Source of the DNA: Sphingomonadales bacterium
Lineage (GTDB): Bacteria; Pseudomonadota; Alphaproteobacteria; Sphingomonadales; Sphingomonadaceae
Direction of reading: 5' to 3'
Assembly: GCA_017304125.1 (NCBI GenBank)
Contig: JAFKLV010000370.1
Coordinates: 1-33,156, forward strand
DNA length: 33,156 nucleotides
Numbering within the stretch: the first letter of the stretch is position 1; each line of letters starts with the position of its first letter. This document shows, in pieces, positions 1 to 10,177 of the stretch. Below the pieces are notes generated by a model. That model worked only from the letters and a program-made list of their open reading frames with translations. It was not told the DNA's origin and ran no database searches. Position numbers and translations under genes: made by a program.

Positions 1-2
1 GC

Positions 3-887
3 GCCGCCGCCGCGGCGGGGATCGGCTATGCGCTGTCGACCGCCGCCACCACCGCGCTGGAGCCGATCGCCGAAGCGGCGCCGAACGGCTGGTTCCAGCT
101 CTATGTCGGGCGCGACGCCGCGATCACCGACGATCTGATCCGCCGCGCGGACGCGGCCGGCTATCGCGCGCTGATCGTCACCGTCGACGTCCCCGCGCCG
201 GGCAAAAGGCTGCGCGATCTGCGCAACCGCTTCACCTTGCCGCTGCGCCCCGATCTGCGGATGGCGCTCGATCTCGTCCGCCACCCGCGCTGGGCGCTGG
301 CCACCGCGACCGGCGGTGCGCCGCGCTTCCCCAATCTCGAACCCTATTCGCCGCCGGGCAGCTCGACCCGCTCGCTCGCCGAACTGATGGCGGGGCAAAG
401 CTCCGCCCGGCTCGACTGGGCGTTGCTCGCCGGGATCCGCCGGCGCTGGCCGCGCACACTGATCGTCAAGGGCGTGCTCCGCCCCGACGATGCGGCACGC
501 GCGACCGCGCTGGGTGCCGACGCGATCGGCGTGTCGAACCACGGCGGGCGCCAGCTCGATGCCAGCCCCGCCCCGGCCGAGATGATCGCGCCGATCCGCG
601 CCGCGATCGGCGATACGGTGCCGCTGATCGTCGACGGCGGGGTGCGCAGCGGCGAGGATATCGCGCGCTGCCTCGCGCTCGGCGCCGATTTCGTGCTGCT
701 CGGGCGCGCCTTCCTCTATGCCGCGGCGGCGCTGGGCGGCGCACGCGGGCCGGCGACGCTGATCGAGCTGCTGCGCGACGAGCTCGATCGCGCGATGACG
801 CAATTGGGCTGCGCGCGGGTGGCCGAGATCGACCGCAGCCTTTTGTTTGCCCCGCCCCCTATTATGGGTGGAGGGCCGGCGAAATGA
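3..887 (+). CDS. FMN-dependent alpha-hydroxy-acid dehydrogenase/oxidase (L-lactate/mandelate dehydrogenase family), 5'-truncated by the window edge
   Basis: The frame is open from base 3 (AAAAAGIGYALST...GWFQLYVG...LIVTVDVP...KRLRDLRN). It carries the family motifs WFQLY, IVKG, VSNHGGRQLD, DGGVRSGED and LGRAFLY. The track start at 237 is internal. Confidence 0.93.
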   Translation, partial: AAAAAGIGYALSTAATTALEPIAEAAPNGWFQLYVGRDAAITDDLIRRADAAGYRALIVTVDVPAPGKRLRDLRNRFTLPLRPDLRMALDLVRHPRWALATATGGAPRFPNLEPYSPPGSSTRSLAELMAGQSSARLDWALLAGIRRRWPRTLIVKGVLRPDDAARATALGADAIGVSNHGGRQLDASPAPAEMIAPIRAAIGDTVPLIVDGGVRSGEDIARCLALGADFVLLGRAFLYAAAALGGARGPATLIELLRDELDRAMTQLGCARVAEIDRSLLFAPPPIMGGGPAK

Positions 888-933
888 CATTTATACTCTG
901 CGCGGCGATGGTCGCCATGTGCAGGGAGCCGCA

Positions 934-1449
934 ATGGCGCAACGCAACGGGCCTGCAAGCGCAGGCAAGGAGGACAGGACTGCCTTGGGACCGCTGAAAG
1001 ATTATATCGGATTCCAGCTCCGCCGGGCGCAGGAAGTTTCATTCCAGGCATTTGCCAAGCGCGTCGGCGAGGCCGATCTCAGCCCCGGCCATTTCGCGAT
1101 CCTCTCGGTGATCAACGAAAATCCCGGCCTCAACCAGACCGCGCTGAGCTATGCCACCGGGCGCGACAAATCGACGCTGACCCCCGCGCTCAAAAGCCTC
1201 GAGAAGCACGGCTTCATCGTGCGCGAACGCTCGAAGGTCGATCGCCGCGCCTATCACCTCAATCTCACCGCGGCGGGCAAAAGCTATTTGCAGAAGCTTG
1301 CCGTCCACGCCGAGGCGCATGACCGCATCCTCGACGAGATCGTCGGGGATTTCCACAAGCCGCTGCTGATCCATCTGCTCGAACGGATCGTCGACGGGCT
1401 GGGCCGCGACGCTGGCGAGGCGACCGACGAAGGCGACAAGGGCGATTAA
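934..1449 (+). CDS. MarR family transcriptional regulator
   Basis: ATG at 934 follows a GGGAG RBS. YIGFQLRRAQ, NPGLNQTALS, DKSTLTPALKSLEKHGFIVR and DRRAYHLNLT match the winged-helix MarR pattern. Its stop overlaps the convergent stop at 1446-1449 (TTAA). Confidence 0.92.
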   Translation: MAQRNGPASAGKEDRTALGPLKDYIGFQLRRAQEVSFQAFAKRVGEADLSPGHFAILSVINENPGLNQTALSYATGRDKSTLTPALKSLEKHGFIVRERSKVDRRAYHLNLTAAGKSYLQKLAVHAEAHDRILDEIVGDFHKPLLIHLLERIVDGLGRDAGEATDEGDKGD

Positions 1450-4418
1450 CGTGCAGGCGCGCCGGCATAAGGCGCGATCAGCTCATCAACGGTAAAATAG
1501 CGCCCGCCCTTCATCACCCCGCGCACCTTCATCAGATCGCGCACGTCCATATCGGGGCGGCCATCGACCAGCACGAGATCGGCGATCTTGCCCGGCGCGA
1601 TGCTGCCCAGATCGTCCGCCACGCCTTGCGCCGCGGCCGGCACGTGGGTCGCGGTCTGCAGCGCCTCGAACGGGGTGAGGCCGAATTTCTGCAAGGTGTA
1701 GAGATTCTGGAAGGTGCTGATCGTGAAGCTGTCGAGCGGCGCGTCCGATCCGATCATCACCCTGCCCCCGCCGCGGATCACGCGGATCAGATCCTGGGCG
1801 GTGAGCCGCGATTGTTCCTCATTGGGGGTGAGGAAGAAGTCGCACGGCCCGGTCTTCGCCGCGCAGGCCATGAACTCGCGCAGCGAGGCCTGTTCCCACG
1901 CCGGATAGAGCGCGGCGATCCGCGCGTCGCCGGGCAGGCCGGGCAGCTCGAGCAATTCCTGTCGCCCGGCGAAATTGGTGGTGGTGATCTCGACGCCGGA
2001 TGTCTCCAGCCCCTGGAAGATATCGTCATAGACATTGCCGCGAAACAGATGCGGGAAGCCGTAATTCCACCGCGTCGGGCCGACGAAATGCTCCTCCCCA
2101 TCGACCCCGTGCGCGATGCCCGGATAAGCGAAATGCGAGGTGACCGAGACCCCCATCCGCCGGTGCGCCGCCACCGCGACCTCGGCCTGCCAGTCGGAGC
2201 GGAAGCGCATATAGGTCTTGATCACGTCATAGCCGAGCGCCTGCGCCCGCGACAGTTCGAGATCGAGCTGCGCCTTGTCCTCGATCGGGCGCGAGAAGGA
2301 CCATAAGGGGCGCGAACCTTCGAGCATCTCGCCGGTCATGAAATGGCGCGGGCCGATCCGCGCGCCCGCCGCGAGCGATTCCTTGTCCTCCAGCGCGCGA
2401 TAGGCCGGATCGCCAGTCGAGCGGGTCGAGGTGATGCCATAAGCGAGCCACATCCGCCCCTGCCGGTCGCCGAGATATTTCGAGCGGAGCTGCTGGTGGT
2501 TGTGCATCTCGAACAACCCCGGGGTGACGGTGAAGTTCGAAGCATCGATCACCCGCGCCACGCCGTCATGCGACGCATGCGGCACGATCCGCGCGATGCG
2601 GTTGCCGTCGATCACGATATCCATGTCGCGTTGCACCGCAGGGTGCACGCCGTCCCACAATCGCCCGGCATGCACCAGCACGCGGCCGGTCGCGCGGTCG
2701 GCGCGCCAGTCGAGCTGCAACGGCACGATGCGGCTGCGGCGGGTCTCGCGGTCGAGCAGTTTGAGCGTGCCGTTGACGAGATAGAGCAAGGTGCGCGAAT
2801 CCCCGGCCCAGCTCGGCGCATCGCTCGCTTCATTGGTCAGCGCGGTCGCGGCGCCGGTCGGGGTGCCGTCGGGCGCGACCGGCAACGCCCAGAGGCGGCT
2901 CATCATGCTGAACGCGAGCCATTTGCCGTCGGGCGACCAATAAGGGCCGTCATCACCGCGGGTCGAGATCGAGCGGTTGGGCGCCGGATCGATCCAGCGC
3001 TGCGCCCCGCTCGCCACATCGACCAGCAGGATACGGTTGCGGCTCTGGTTGAGCGCGGTGAAGGCGATCGTGCGCCCGTCCGCCGACCAGCTCGGCCGGC
3101 TGGGGAAATCGAGCGCGGGAACGAGCATCCGGTCCGCGCCGTCGGCGAGCGTCAGGAGGCGCGTCTCGCCCGTCTCGGTCTGATAGGCGAGCCGCGCGCC
3201 GTCACGCGACCACGCCGGCGCGACATTGGCATGCACGGAATGGCTCACCTGCCGCGTGGCGCCGCTCGCCACGTCGAGCGTCCACAGCTGGGCGATCCCC
3301 GATGCGTCGCTGGCATAAGCGATCGTGCGCCCGTCGGGCGACCAGACCGGGTCGTTTTCGTAGAAGCGATCGTGCGTCAGCCGGCGCGGCTTGCGGTCGA
3401 GCCCGACGAGCCACAAATCGTTGAGCGCCTTGAACACGATCTGCCGTCCGTCAGGCGACAGAGCCGGCGCAACCACGCCCTTCACCGGATGCGTCGTACG
3501 ATCGTCGAAATCATAATATTTGCGGCGATAGCCGGCGCGCTCCAGCCGGAAGGTGGCGCGGAACGGGATCAGCGCATCGGCCCCGCTCGACAGGTCGAGC
3601 GCGTGGATCTTGCCGCCACCGCTGTACAGCAGGCGATCCTCGCCGCGCCACGCCGGCGCGGTCGGAAAGACGTCGTTCACGACGCCGATCGTGCGCGCCG
3701 CGCCGCCCGCGTCCGACAGCATCAGCCGGCCATATTGCGCGCCCGCACAGACATAAGCGAGCCGCTTGCCGGAGGGCGACAGTGCGGGCGCGGTCGCCGC
3801 GCCCTGCTCGCACGGCGCCGCCAGCGACGCGACCGCGCCGTCGAGCGACACGCGCTTCAACCGCCCCATATCGGACAGCAGCAGCGCGGCGCCGTCGGGC
3901 GACCAGTTCAGCGCCTGCGGCATCGCAAGCCCCGCCACCGCAATCTCGCGCAACGCGCCGCCCCGCGGATCGGCCAGCCAGATCGCCGGCCGCCCGCCGC
4001 GCGCCGACAGGAAAGCGATATGCTTGCCGTCAGGCGACCAGCGCGGAAACGTGTCGTCGAACGGCCCGTGGGTCAGTTGCCGCCGCTGCTGCCCGTCGGC
4101 CGACACCAGCCAGACATGCCACATGCCGTCGGCATAGGATTGCACCGCAATCTGCCGCCCGTCGGGCGACCAGCTCGGGTGCATCGCCTCGAACAGATCG
4201 GGGGCGCGCCGCCGCGCCTCGCCGCCCGCCGCCGGCAGCGTCCACAGGCTGCCCTGCAGATCGATCAGCAGCGCCTCACCGGACGGCGACGGGCTGACCG
4301 AAAAATCGGTTCCCTCGTCCGTCACATAAGAGACGATGCGCGCCTGCCGCAGCGGGGCGGCGGGCGCGATCGTGGCGGCGGCGCCGAGCAGCGCCGCCAC
4401 CGGGAACAAGGCCCGCAT
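1446..4418 (-). CDS. Secreted amidohydrolase with N-terminal TolB-like PD40 beta-propeller repeats (paralog 1)
   Basis: Signal peptide and many PxWSPDG repeats. The C-terminal metal-dependent amidohydrolase domain has PGLFEMHNH, IKTY, TSH, EEH, GSDAP and GSIAPGKIADLVLVDG. Confidence 0.9.
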   Translation of the reverse strand: MRALFPVAALLGAAATIAPAAPLRQARIVSYVTDEGTDFSVSPSPSGEALLIDLQGSLWTLPAAGGEARRRAPDLFEAMHPSWSPDGRQIAVQSYADGMWHVWLVSADGQQRRQLTHGPFDDTFPRWSPDGKHIAFLSARGGRPAIWLADPRGGALREIAVAGLAMPQALNWSPDGAALLLSDMGRLKRVSLDGAVASLAAPCEQGAATAPALSPSGKRLAYVCAGAQYGRLMLSDAGGAARTIGVVNDVFPTAPAWRGEDRLLYSGGGKIHALDLSSGADALIPFRATFRLERAGYRRKYYDFDDRTTHPVKGVVAPALSPDGRQIVFKALNDLWLVGLDRKPRRLTHDRFYENDPVWSPDGRTIAYASDASGIAQLWTLDVASGATRQVSHSVHANVAPAWSRDGARLAYQTETGETRLLTLADGADRMLVPALDFPSRPSWSADGRTIAFTALNQSRNRILLVDVASGAQRWIDPAPNRSISTRGDDGPYWSPDGKWLAFSMMSRLWALPVAPDGTPTGAATALTNEASDAPSWAGDSRTLLYLVNGTLKLLDRETRRSRIVPLQLDWRADRATGRVLVHAGRLWDGVHPAVQRDMDIVIDGNRIARIVPHASHDGVARVIDASNFTVTPGLFEMHNHQQLRSKYLGDRQGRMWLAYGITSTRSTGDPAYRALEDKESLAAGARIGPRHFMTGEMLEGSRPLWSFSRPIEDKAQLDLELSRAQALGYDVIKTYMRFRSDWQAEVAVAAHRRMGVSVTSHFAYPGIAHGVDGEEHFVGPTRWNYGFPHLFRGNVYDDIFQGLETSGVEITTTNFAGRQELLELPGLPGDARIAALYPAWEQASLREFMACAAKTGPCDFFLTPNEEQSRLTAQDLIRVIRGGGRVMIGSDAPLDSFTISTFQNLYTLQKFGLTPFEALQTATHVPAAAQGVADDLGSIAPGKIADLVLVDGRPDMDVRDLMKVRGVMKGGRYFTVDELIAPYAGAPAR

Positions 4419-4439
4419 CGTCCCCTTCCCCGCCGCCGC

Positions 4440-6806
4440 TCAGTAACGATAAGCGGCGGTGACGCCGAAGGTGACCGGCCGCACCGTGACGGCGCGATAA
4501 TTGTAGGTGATCTTCGAATCCCGGTAGATGCCATATTCCGGGTGCTGGTTGAGCACATTCTGCCCGAAGATCGACACGTCGAGCCGGTCGAACTTCATTC
4601 CGATGCGGAAATTGACATTGTTCGAGGCCGGCGCGCGCGGGATCGTCGGATCCTGGCTCGGCACATTGGGCAGCGGCGTGTCGTCGTGCGACAGATATTG
4701 ATAGTCGACGTGGACATAAGCGTCGCGGCCGAACGCCTGGGTATCATATTGGCCGTTGAGCGATACCTGCCACGGCGCGATCGGCAGCGGCTCGCCCTTC
4801 GGGCGGATCACGATCCCGCCCGCACCCAGAGTATTGGTGGTATAATGCGCATCGGCATAGCCGACCGCCGCGCCGAGGCTGAACCCGGCGCCGACCTTGG
4901 CATTGATCGACAGATCGAAGCCCTGGCTGCGCGCATTGCCGAAATTGGCGGCGAACGGCGTGTTGCAATTCGGCAAAGTGAGCCCCGACTGGATGTCGGT
5001 CCAGTCGATGCGATAGACGCTGCCGTCCATCACCATCCGCCCGCCGAACAGCTTGGTCTTGAGCCCGGCTTCATAGCTCCACACCGAATCCGGCTTGATC
5101 TCACGCGGATCGGTGGTGAGGCCGAGCGCGGCGAGATCGGGGCCGCACTGGCTCGATACCTTGCCGGTGGTCGAGCCGGGGCGGAAACCCTTCGAGGCGG
5201 AGGCATAGAGCATCGTCGCCGGCGTCGCCTGCCATGACACGCCGAACTTGGGCGTCACCGGGCTCGCCGTGGCATGCGCAGTATTGTTGGTCCCCGCGCC
5301 GCCCGCAACCGGGCCGGCCGAGAAGCTCGCGCTATTATAGGTCAGCTTAGAGGCGCGCGCGCCGGCGGTCAGCGTGAGATTGCTGGTCAGCTTGAAATTG
5401 ACCTGTCCGAAGCCGGCGACTTCCTCATCGACCAGAGAGCCGTTCGAATAGAGCAGGAAGCGGCCCTGATAGAGATTGGTGCCGAAAATCTGCCCGATCG
5501 TCAGCGGAACGCCCGCGGCATAGCTCAGGATGTCGTTGATGAAGGTGCTCTGGACATTGTACGAGCTGGTCTGCTTGGCATGCTGGTAATAGAGGCCGAG
5601 CACCCAGCTGATCCGCGCATCGGGGTTGCTGCTCTGCAACCGCACTTCCTGCGTGAAGGTGCGCTGCCCGGCGGTGAGGAACGCCGGCGAATAGACGTTG
5701 CGCAGCGCCTGGGGCGGCGGGATCGTATCGACCGGATGCCCGAAGATCGAGGTGAAGGACGAAATGTCCAGCGTGGTCGAATCATAGACATTATTGTTGT
5801 CGCGGTGGAAATAAGAGGTGTTCGACACCGCGGTGACCCCGCCCAGATCGACATTGATCTTGAGCGACGGCAGCCAGAAAGTGTCGTCATTCGGCGTGCG
5901 CACCTGGTTGCCGCTGACGAACTTGGTATCGTTCGGGTCGGAATAGGCTTTCCAGAACACCGATGAATCGTTGCTGTGCGATTTCTGGAAGAAGATCGCC
6001 GGGGTGATCGTGACGTTCGGCGCCGGCTGCCATTTCAGCGCGCCGCGCACCACCAGCGCGTTGCTCCAGTCGACATTCTGCGCCACGTCGCGCCGGTCGT
6101 ACCAGTCGACCTTGTCGACATAGCCGCCGTCATGCCGCGCCCAGACGCTGACGCGGAACCCCAATTTGTCCTCGACGATCGGCCCGCCGACCGCGACCCC
6201 CGCCTCGTAGCTGGGATCGCCATCCTTGGTCATCGCCATCTCGCTGCGCGCATAGACGCTGTAGCGCGAGAGGCTCGGCTCGGGGGTGATGAAGCGGATC
6301 GTGCCGCCTTCCGATCCCGCGCCGAACAAGGTGCCCTGCGGCCCGCGCAGGATTTCGACGCGATCGAGATCGAAGATGCGCGGATAGGGATTGCTCGAAT
6401 CGTAATTGCCGCTCGGCCGCACCTGCACCGGGGTCTCGTCGATATAGACGCCGACCGTCGCGGTGCCCGATCCCGATGAAATGCCGCGGATCGACACGTC
6501 GTTCGACGCGCCATTGCCGTGGGTGCCGGGGGTAAAGGTGACGCCCGGCGTCAGCGTCGCGATATCGCGGAAGGTGCGGACCGATTGCTGGTCCATCTGC
6601 TCCTGCGTGATCGCCGAAATGCTAATCGGCACGCGGCTGATCGCCTGCTCCTGCTTGGTCGCGGTGACGATGATGTCGGGGATCCCGCCATCCTGAGTCG
6701 CGGTACTGGCCGGCGCGGGCGCCGCATTCTGCGCCGCGGCCGGCGCCAGCGGAACGAGCGCGAGAGCGGAAACGGACGCACGAAGCGCCAAGGCGATGGG
6801 TCGCAT
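4440..6806 (-). CDS. TonB-dependent receptor
   Basis: Signal peptide, TonB box DIIVTA, plug motifs IRGI...TVGVYIDE and RVEILRGPQGTLFG, and a C-terminal beta strand TFGVTAAYRY. GGGGAGGA RBS. It lies 21 bp upstream of amidohydrolase 1. Confidence 0.95.
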   Translation of the reverse strand: MRPIALALRASVSALALVPLAPAAAQNAAPAPASTATQDGGIPDIIVTATKQEQAISRVPISISAITQEQMDQQSVRTFRDIATLTPGVTFTPGTHGNGASNDVSIRGISSGSGTATVGVYIDETPVQVRPSGNYDSSNPYPRIFDLDRVEILRGPQGTLFGAGSEGGTIRFITPEPSLSRYSVYARSEMAMTKDGDPSYEAGVAVGGPIVEDKLGFRVSVWARHDGGYVDKVDWYDRRDVAQNVDWSNALVVRGALKWQPAPNVTITPAIFFQKSHSNDSSVFWKAYSDPNDTKFVSGNQVRTPNDDTFWLPSLKINVDLGGVTAVSNTSYFHRDNNNVYDSTTLDISSFTSIFGHPVDTIPPPQALRNVYSPAFLTAGQRTFTQEVRLQSSNPDARISWVLGLYYQHAKQTSSYNVQSTFINDILSYAAGVPLTIGQIFGTNLYQGRFLLYSNGSLVDEEVAGFGQVNFKLTSNLTLTAGARASKLTYNSASFSAGPVAGGAGTNNTAHATASPVTPKFGVSWQATPATMLYASASKGFRPGSTTGKVSSQCGPDLAALGLTTDPREIKPDSVWSYEAGLKTKLFGGRMVMDGSVYRIDWTDIQSGLTLPNCNTPFAANFGNARSQGFDLSINAKVGAGFSLGAAVGYADAHYTTNTLGAGGIVIRPKGEPLPIAPWQVSLNGQYDTQAFGRDAYVHVDYQYLSHDDTPLPNVPSQDPTIPRAPASNNVNFRIGMKFDRLDVSIFGQNVLNQHPEYGIYRDSKITYNYRAVTVRPVTFGVTAAYRY

Positions 6807-6854
6807 GCGGTTAATCCTCCCCTGTCACGGCCAGCGGCATTCATGTGCGCAGCC

Positions 6855-7079
6855 GATATTGTTTGCAGCCCCAATGCTATGCTGCACGAAATTCAGCGTC
6901 AACCAAAAAAGGTTGGACCGCAAACTTGTTTTTGCACGGCGCGATGCGCGCCGAATGTGCACGCAGAAACAGTTACTTATCCAAATGTCGCCGGGTGTTG
7001 AGGGAATCCGCGAGGGTCGTTCAATGCCTTCGCCGCGTCGCAGTTTATAATTTGACAGCAAACAATATCCATGCTGTCA
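6855..7079. promoter_or_regulatory. Divergent promoter region with a repeated 12-mer (GCAAACAATATC), a TATAAT box and an 8-bp inverted repeat
   Basis: GATATTGTTTGC at 6855-6866 is the reverse complement of GCAAACAATATC at 7058-7069. TATAAT is at 7046-7051 and TGACAGCA-N11-TGCTGTCA at 7053-7079. Confidence 0.5.
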
Positions 7080-7153
7080 GTTGCTCAACACGGCGGGTCG
7101 CGACGCGGCTGCGCCGGCACGATAACGATGGTAAATTCGGGGGCGGGGACGCG

Positions 7154-10153
7154 ATGAAGGCCAAGGCGATGATCGGATCGAACCTGCTGGCGCTCGCTTG
7201 TTTTGCCGCCCCCGCGCTGGCGCCCGCGGCGCAGGCCGCCGAACCGATCACGATTCGCGTTTCGGAGGGCACCCACCTCGCCTTCGCGCTCGCGCCGGAC
7301 GGGTCGCGCATCGTGTTCGATCTGCAGGGCGTGCTCTATGTGATGCCCGCGTCGGGCGGCGCGGCGACCGCGATCACCGACGCGCTCTATGACGGGCGCC
7401 AGCCGAGCTGGTCGCCCGACGGCAAGTGGATCGCCTTCCAGTCCAACCGCGACGGCCATTACCGCATCTGGCTGATCGCGCCCGACGGCAGCGGGGCGCA
7501 TCCCGTGTCCGACGCGCCGCTGGAGGCGCGCGAGCCGGCGTGGTCGCCCGACGGCAAATGGCTCGCCTTCACCGCCGATCGCGACGGCAAGTTCGATATC
7601 TGGGCGCGCGACATGGCGAGCGGCGCGATGCGCAAGCTGAGCGCCGGCCCCGGCGGGAACAGCCGCGCGAGCTGGTCGCCGGACGGCACGCGCATCGCTT
7701 ATGTCTCGGATCGGATGGGGGCGACCGGCATCTATGTCGCGGACATGGCCGGGCATGAGACGCGCGCCGCTGCCGCCAATGTCATGGCCTTCGGGATGAA
7801 CGTCCCGATGGGCACGCCGACCTGGACCGCGGACGGCAAGCAAGTGCTCTGGGCGCGGATCGCCGAGGGCAAGGCGGTGCTGATGCGCGGCGACCAGCCG
7901 CTGATCGAGGGCGAGGACATCCACCCGTTCCGCGCCGCCTGGCTGCCGGGCGGCGACCTGCTCTATGCCGCCGATGGCAAGCTCAAGCGCCGCCGCGTCG
8001 ACGGCGACGGCAGCGAACAGATCATCCCCTTCACCGCCGAGCTGACGGTGCGGCACGCGGATTATGCCAAGCGGCATGTCGTGCTCGACGCCCCCGGCCC
8101 GCGCCCGGTGACCGGGGTGCAGCGCGCCACGCTGTCGCCCGACGGCAAACAGGTGGCGTTCACCGCGCTGGGCGATCTGTGGGTGATGCCGGTCGGCGGC
8201 AAGCCGCGCCGGCTGACCGACGGCGGCCCTTGGGCGGTGGTCGATCCCGCCTGGTCGCCCAACGGCGACCGGATCGCTTATGCCAGCGACCGCGCGGGTT
8301 CGCTCGACCTGTGGGCGGTCGACGTCGCCACCGGCAAGCATGAGCGGCTGACCGACGCGCCCGGCGCGGAGATGCGCCCGAGCTGGTCGCCCGACGGCAC
8401 CCGCATTGTCTATGTCGACGCGAGCGGCGCTTATAACGAAGCGGTGCGCGTGCTCGACCTCGCGACGCGCCAGAGCCGCGAGATCAAACAGGCCGGCACC
8501 AGCCCCGGCTATCCCGCCTTCACCCCCGACGGCCGGTCGCTGATCGTCGCGGCGCTGCATAATCCGTCCGCGTCGCAATCCTATGTCGTCGGCGGCTATA
8601 ACGAGCTGGCGATCGTCGCCGACGACGGCACGGGGGAGGCGCGCAATGTCTCGCTGGTGCCCGGCAAGTCGGTCGGCAACCGTTCCGGCGACGGCCCGGC
8701 CTTGTCGCCCGACGGCAAATATTACGCCTATCAGATGGACAGCGCGCTCTACCTCCAGCCCGCCGCGCCGGACGGCGGCCCGGCCGGCGCACCGCGAAAA
8801 TTGTCCGACACGATCCCGACCGGGGTGAGCTGGAGCGGGGATTCGCAGACGTTGCTGGTCAATACCGGCGGCACGATGCAGCTCTTCCCGGTCGCCGGCG
8901 GCGCAGCGCGCAAGGTCGCGCTGCCGCTGCAATGGACCGCGGCGCGCGGCGACGGCATCACCACGATCCGCGCCGGCCTGCTGGTCGACGGGGTGAGCGA
9001 GGCGGCGCGGCGCGACGTCGACATCGTCGTCGACGGCAGCCGCATCCGATCGATCACGCCCCACGGCACGCGGCCGGTGGAGGGGCGGCTGATCGACGCA
9101 TCCGGGCTGACGGTGATGCCCGGCCTGATGGACATGCACGTCCATCTCATCAAGGAATATGGTTCCAGTTTCGGGCGGCTCTACCTTGCCTATGGCATCA
9201 CTACGGTCCGCAGCCCCGGCAATGTGCCCGGCGACGTCATCGAAGAAAAAGAGGCGATCGCCGCGGGCCAACGGCCCGGCCCGAATATGTTCGTGACCGG
9301 CTATATCCTCGACGGCGAACGCACCGTGTGGGAAATGGGCACGCCGGTCGCCGATCGCGCCGCGGTCGGCCGCCAGATCGCGCTGGCGACGCAGCTCGGC
9401 TATGACATGATCAAATCCTACGTCCACACCGCCGAGCCGGTGCGGCAGGATATCGTCGCCGCCGCGCATGCCGCCGGGCTGCCGGTGAGCCGCCACGAAA
9501 TCTATCCCGCCGCTTTGTTCGGGAGCGACAGCGTCGAGCATCTCGACGGCAATGGCGCGGGGCGCGGCTATTCCGCCAAGGCGAGCCAGCTCAACATCGC
9601 TTACGACGATGCGGTGACGATCATCGCCACCTCGGGGATGACGGTGACGCCGACCATCTCCCTGTTCACCCCGACGACCGAATTGGTCGACCGCGATCCC
9701 GCGATCGCCAAGGCGCGCTGGGCGTTGCAGCCGGTGTGGGTGCGCGAGGGGCCGATCATGAGCTTCGCCAACGGCCCCGGCGCCGAGGTGCTGGCGAACA
9801 ATATCCGCCAGTCGATCAGCAAGATCTTCCGCGCCGGCGGGCGGATCGTGGTGGGGACGGATTCGCCCTTCACCCCGATCGGGATCAACACCCACAATGA
9901 GCTGGCGCAGGAAGTGAAAGCCGGCCTCTCCCCGCTCGAGGCGCTGCGCAGCGCGACGCGGGTGCCGGCCGAATTGCTCGGCATGGGCAAGGATCTCGGC
10001 ACGGTCGAGCCGGGCAAGATCGCCGACCTGGTGTTCGTCGAGGGCAATCCGCTCGACGACATCGCCAATGCCAGCAAGGTGCGCAAGGTGATGAAGACCG
10101 GCCGGCTCTATACGATCGAGCAATTGCTGGGCAGCGCCGCCGCGGCGCAATGA
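7154..10153 (+). CDS. Secreted amidohydrolase with N-terminal TolB-like PD40 beta-propeller repeats (paralog 2)
   Basis: Likely start ATG 7154 (MKAKAMIG..., signal peptide ending AQA). It has WSPDG repeats plus PGLMDMHVH, IKSY, VEH, GTDSP and GTVEPGKIADLVFVEGNP. The track's extension to 6845 is intergenic. Confidence 0.9.
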   Translation: MKAKAMIGSNLLALACFAAPALAPAAQAAEPITIRVSEGTHLAFALAPDGSRIVFDLQGVLYVMPASGGAATAITDALYDGRQPSWSPDGKWIAFQSNRDGHYRIWLIAPDGSGAHPVSDAPLEAREPAWSPDGKWLAFTADRDGKFDIWARDMASGAMRKLSAGPGGNSRASWSPDGTRIAYVSDRMGATGIYVADMAGHETRAAAANVMAFGMNVPMGTPTWTADGKQVLWARIAEGKAVLMRGDQPLIEGEDIHPFRAAWLPGGDLLYAADGKLKRRRVDGDGSEQIIPFTAELTVRHADYAKRHVVLDAPGPRPVTGVQRATLSPDGKQVAFTALGDLWVMPVGGKPRRLTDGGPWAVVDPAWSPNGDRIAYASDRAGSLDLWAVDVATGKHERLTDAPGAEMRPSWSPDGTRIVYVDASGAYNEAVRVLDLATRQSREIKQAGTSPGYPAFTPDGRSLIVAALHNPSASQSYVVGGYNELAIVADDGTGEARNVSLVPGKSVGNRSGDGPALSPDGKYYAYQMDSALYLQPAAPDGGPAGAPRKLSDTIPTGVSWSGDSQTLLVNTGGTMQLFPVAGGAARKVALPLQWTAARGDGITTIRAGLLVDGVSEAARRDVDIVVDGSRIRSITPHGTRPVEGRLIDASGLTVMPGLMDMHVHLIKEYGSSFGRLYLAYGITTVRSPGNVPGDVIEEKEAIAAGQRPGPNMFVTGYILDGERTVWEMGTPVADRAAVGRQIALATQLGYDMIKSYVHTAEPVRQDIVAAAHAAGLPVSRHEIYPAALFGSDSVEHLDGNGAGRGYSAKASQLNIAYDDAVTIIATSGMTVTPTISLFTPTTELVDRDPAIAKARWALQPVWVREGPIMSFANGPGAEVLANNIRQSISKIFRAGGRIVVGTDSPFTPIGINTHNELAQEVKAGLSPLEALRSATRVPAELLGMGKDLGTVEPGKIADLVFVEGNPLDDIANASKVRKVMKTGRLYTIEQLLGSAAAAQ

Positions 10154-10177
10154 TCACCCTCCCCGCCCCCCGGGAGC

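Noticed and set aside
2900-4300. Recurrent TGGTCGCCCGACGG-like DNA repeats (also 7400-8720) as a CRISPR or repeat array
   Set aside because: They encode the WSPDG motif of PD40 protein repeats, with irregular spacing inside CDSs.
6914-6929. Sigma54 promoter on the + strand (TGGACC...TTGT)
   Set aside because: Spacing is one base too long and both elements are degenerate.
6845-7153. 103-aa N-terminal extension of amidohydrolase 2 in the ORF track
   Set aside because: It runs through the AT-rich promoter region; the signal peptide begins at ATG 7154.
7085-10150. 1021-aa antisense ORF (likewise 2343..5237, 11764..13575, 17506..19983, 21445..24162 and 25854..27617)
   Set aside because: These are shadow frames opposite well-supported genes. 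They are Arg/Ala/Gly-rich with no motifs, as expected from high-GC codon bias.
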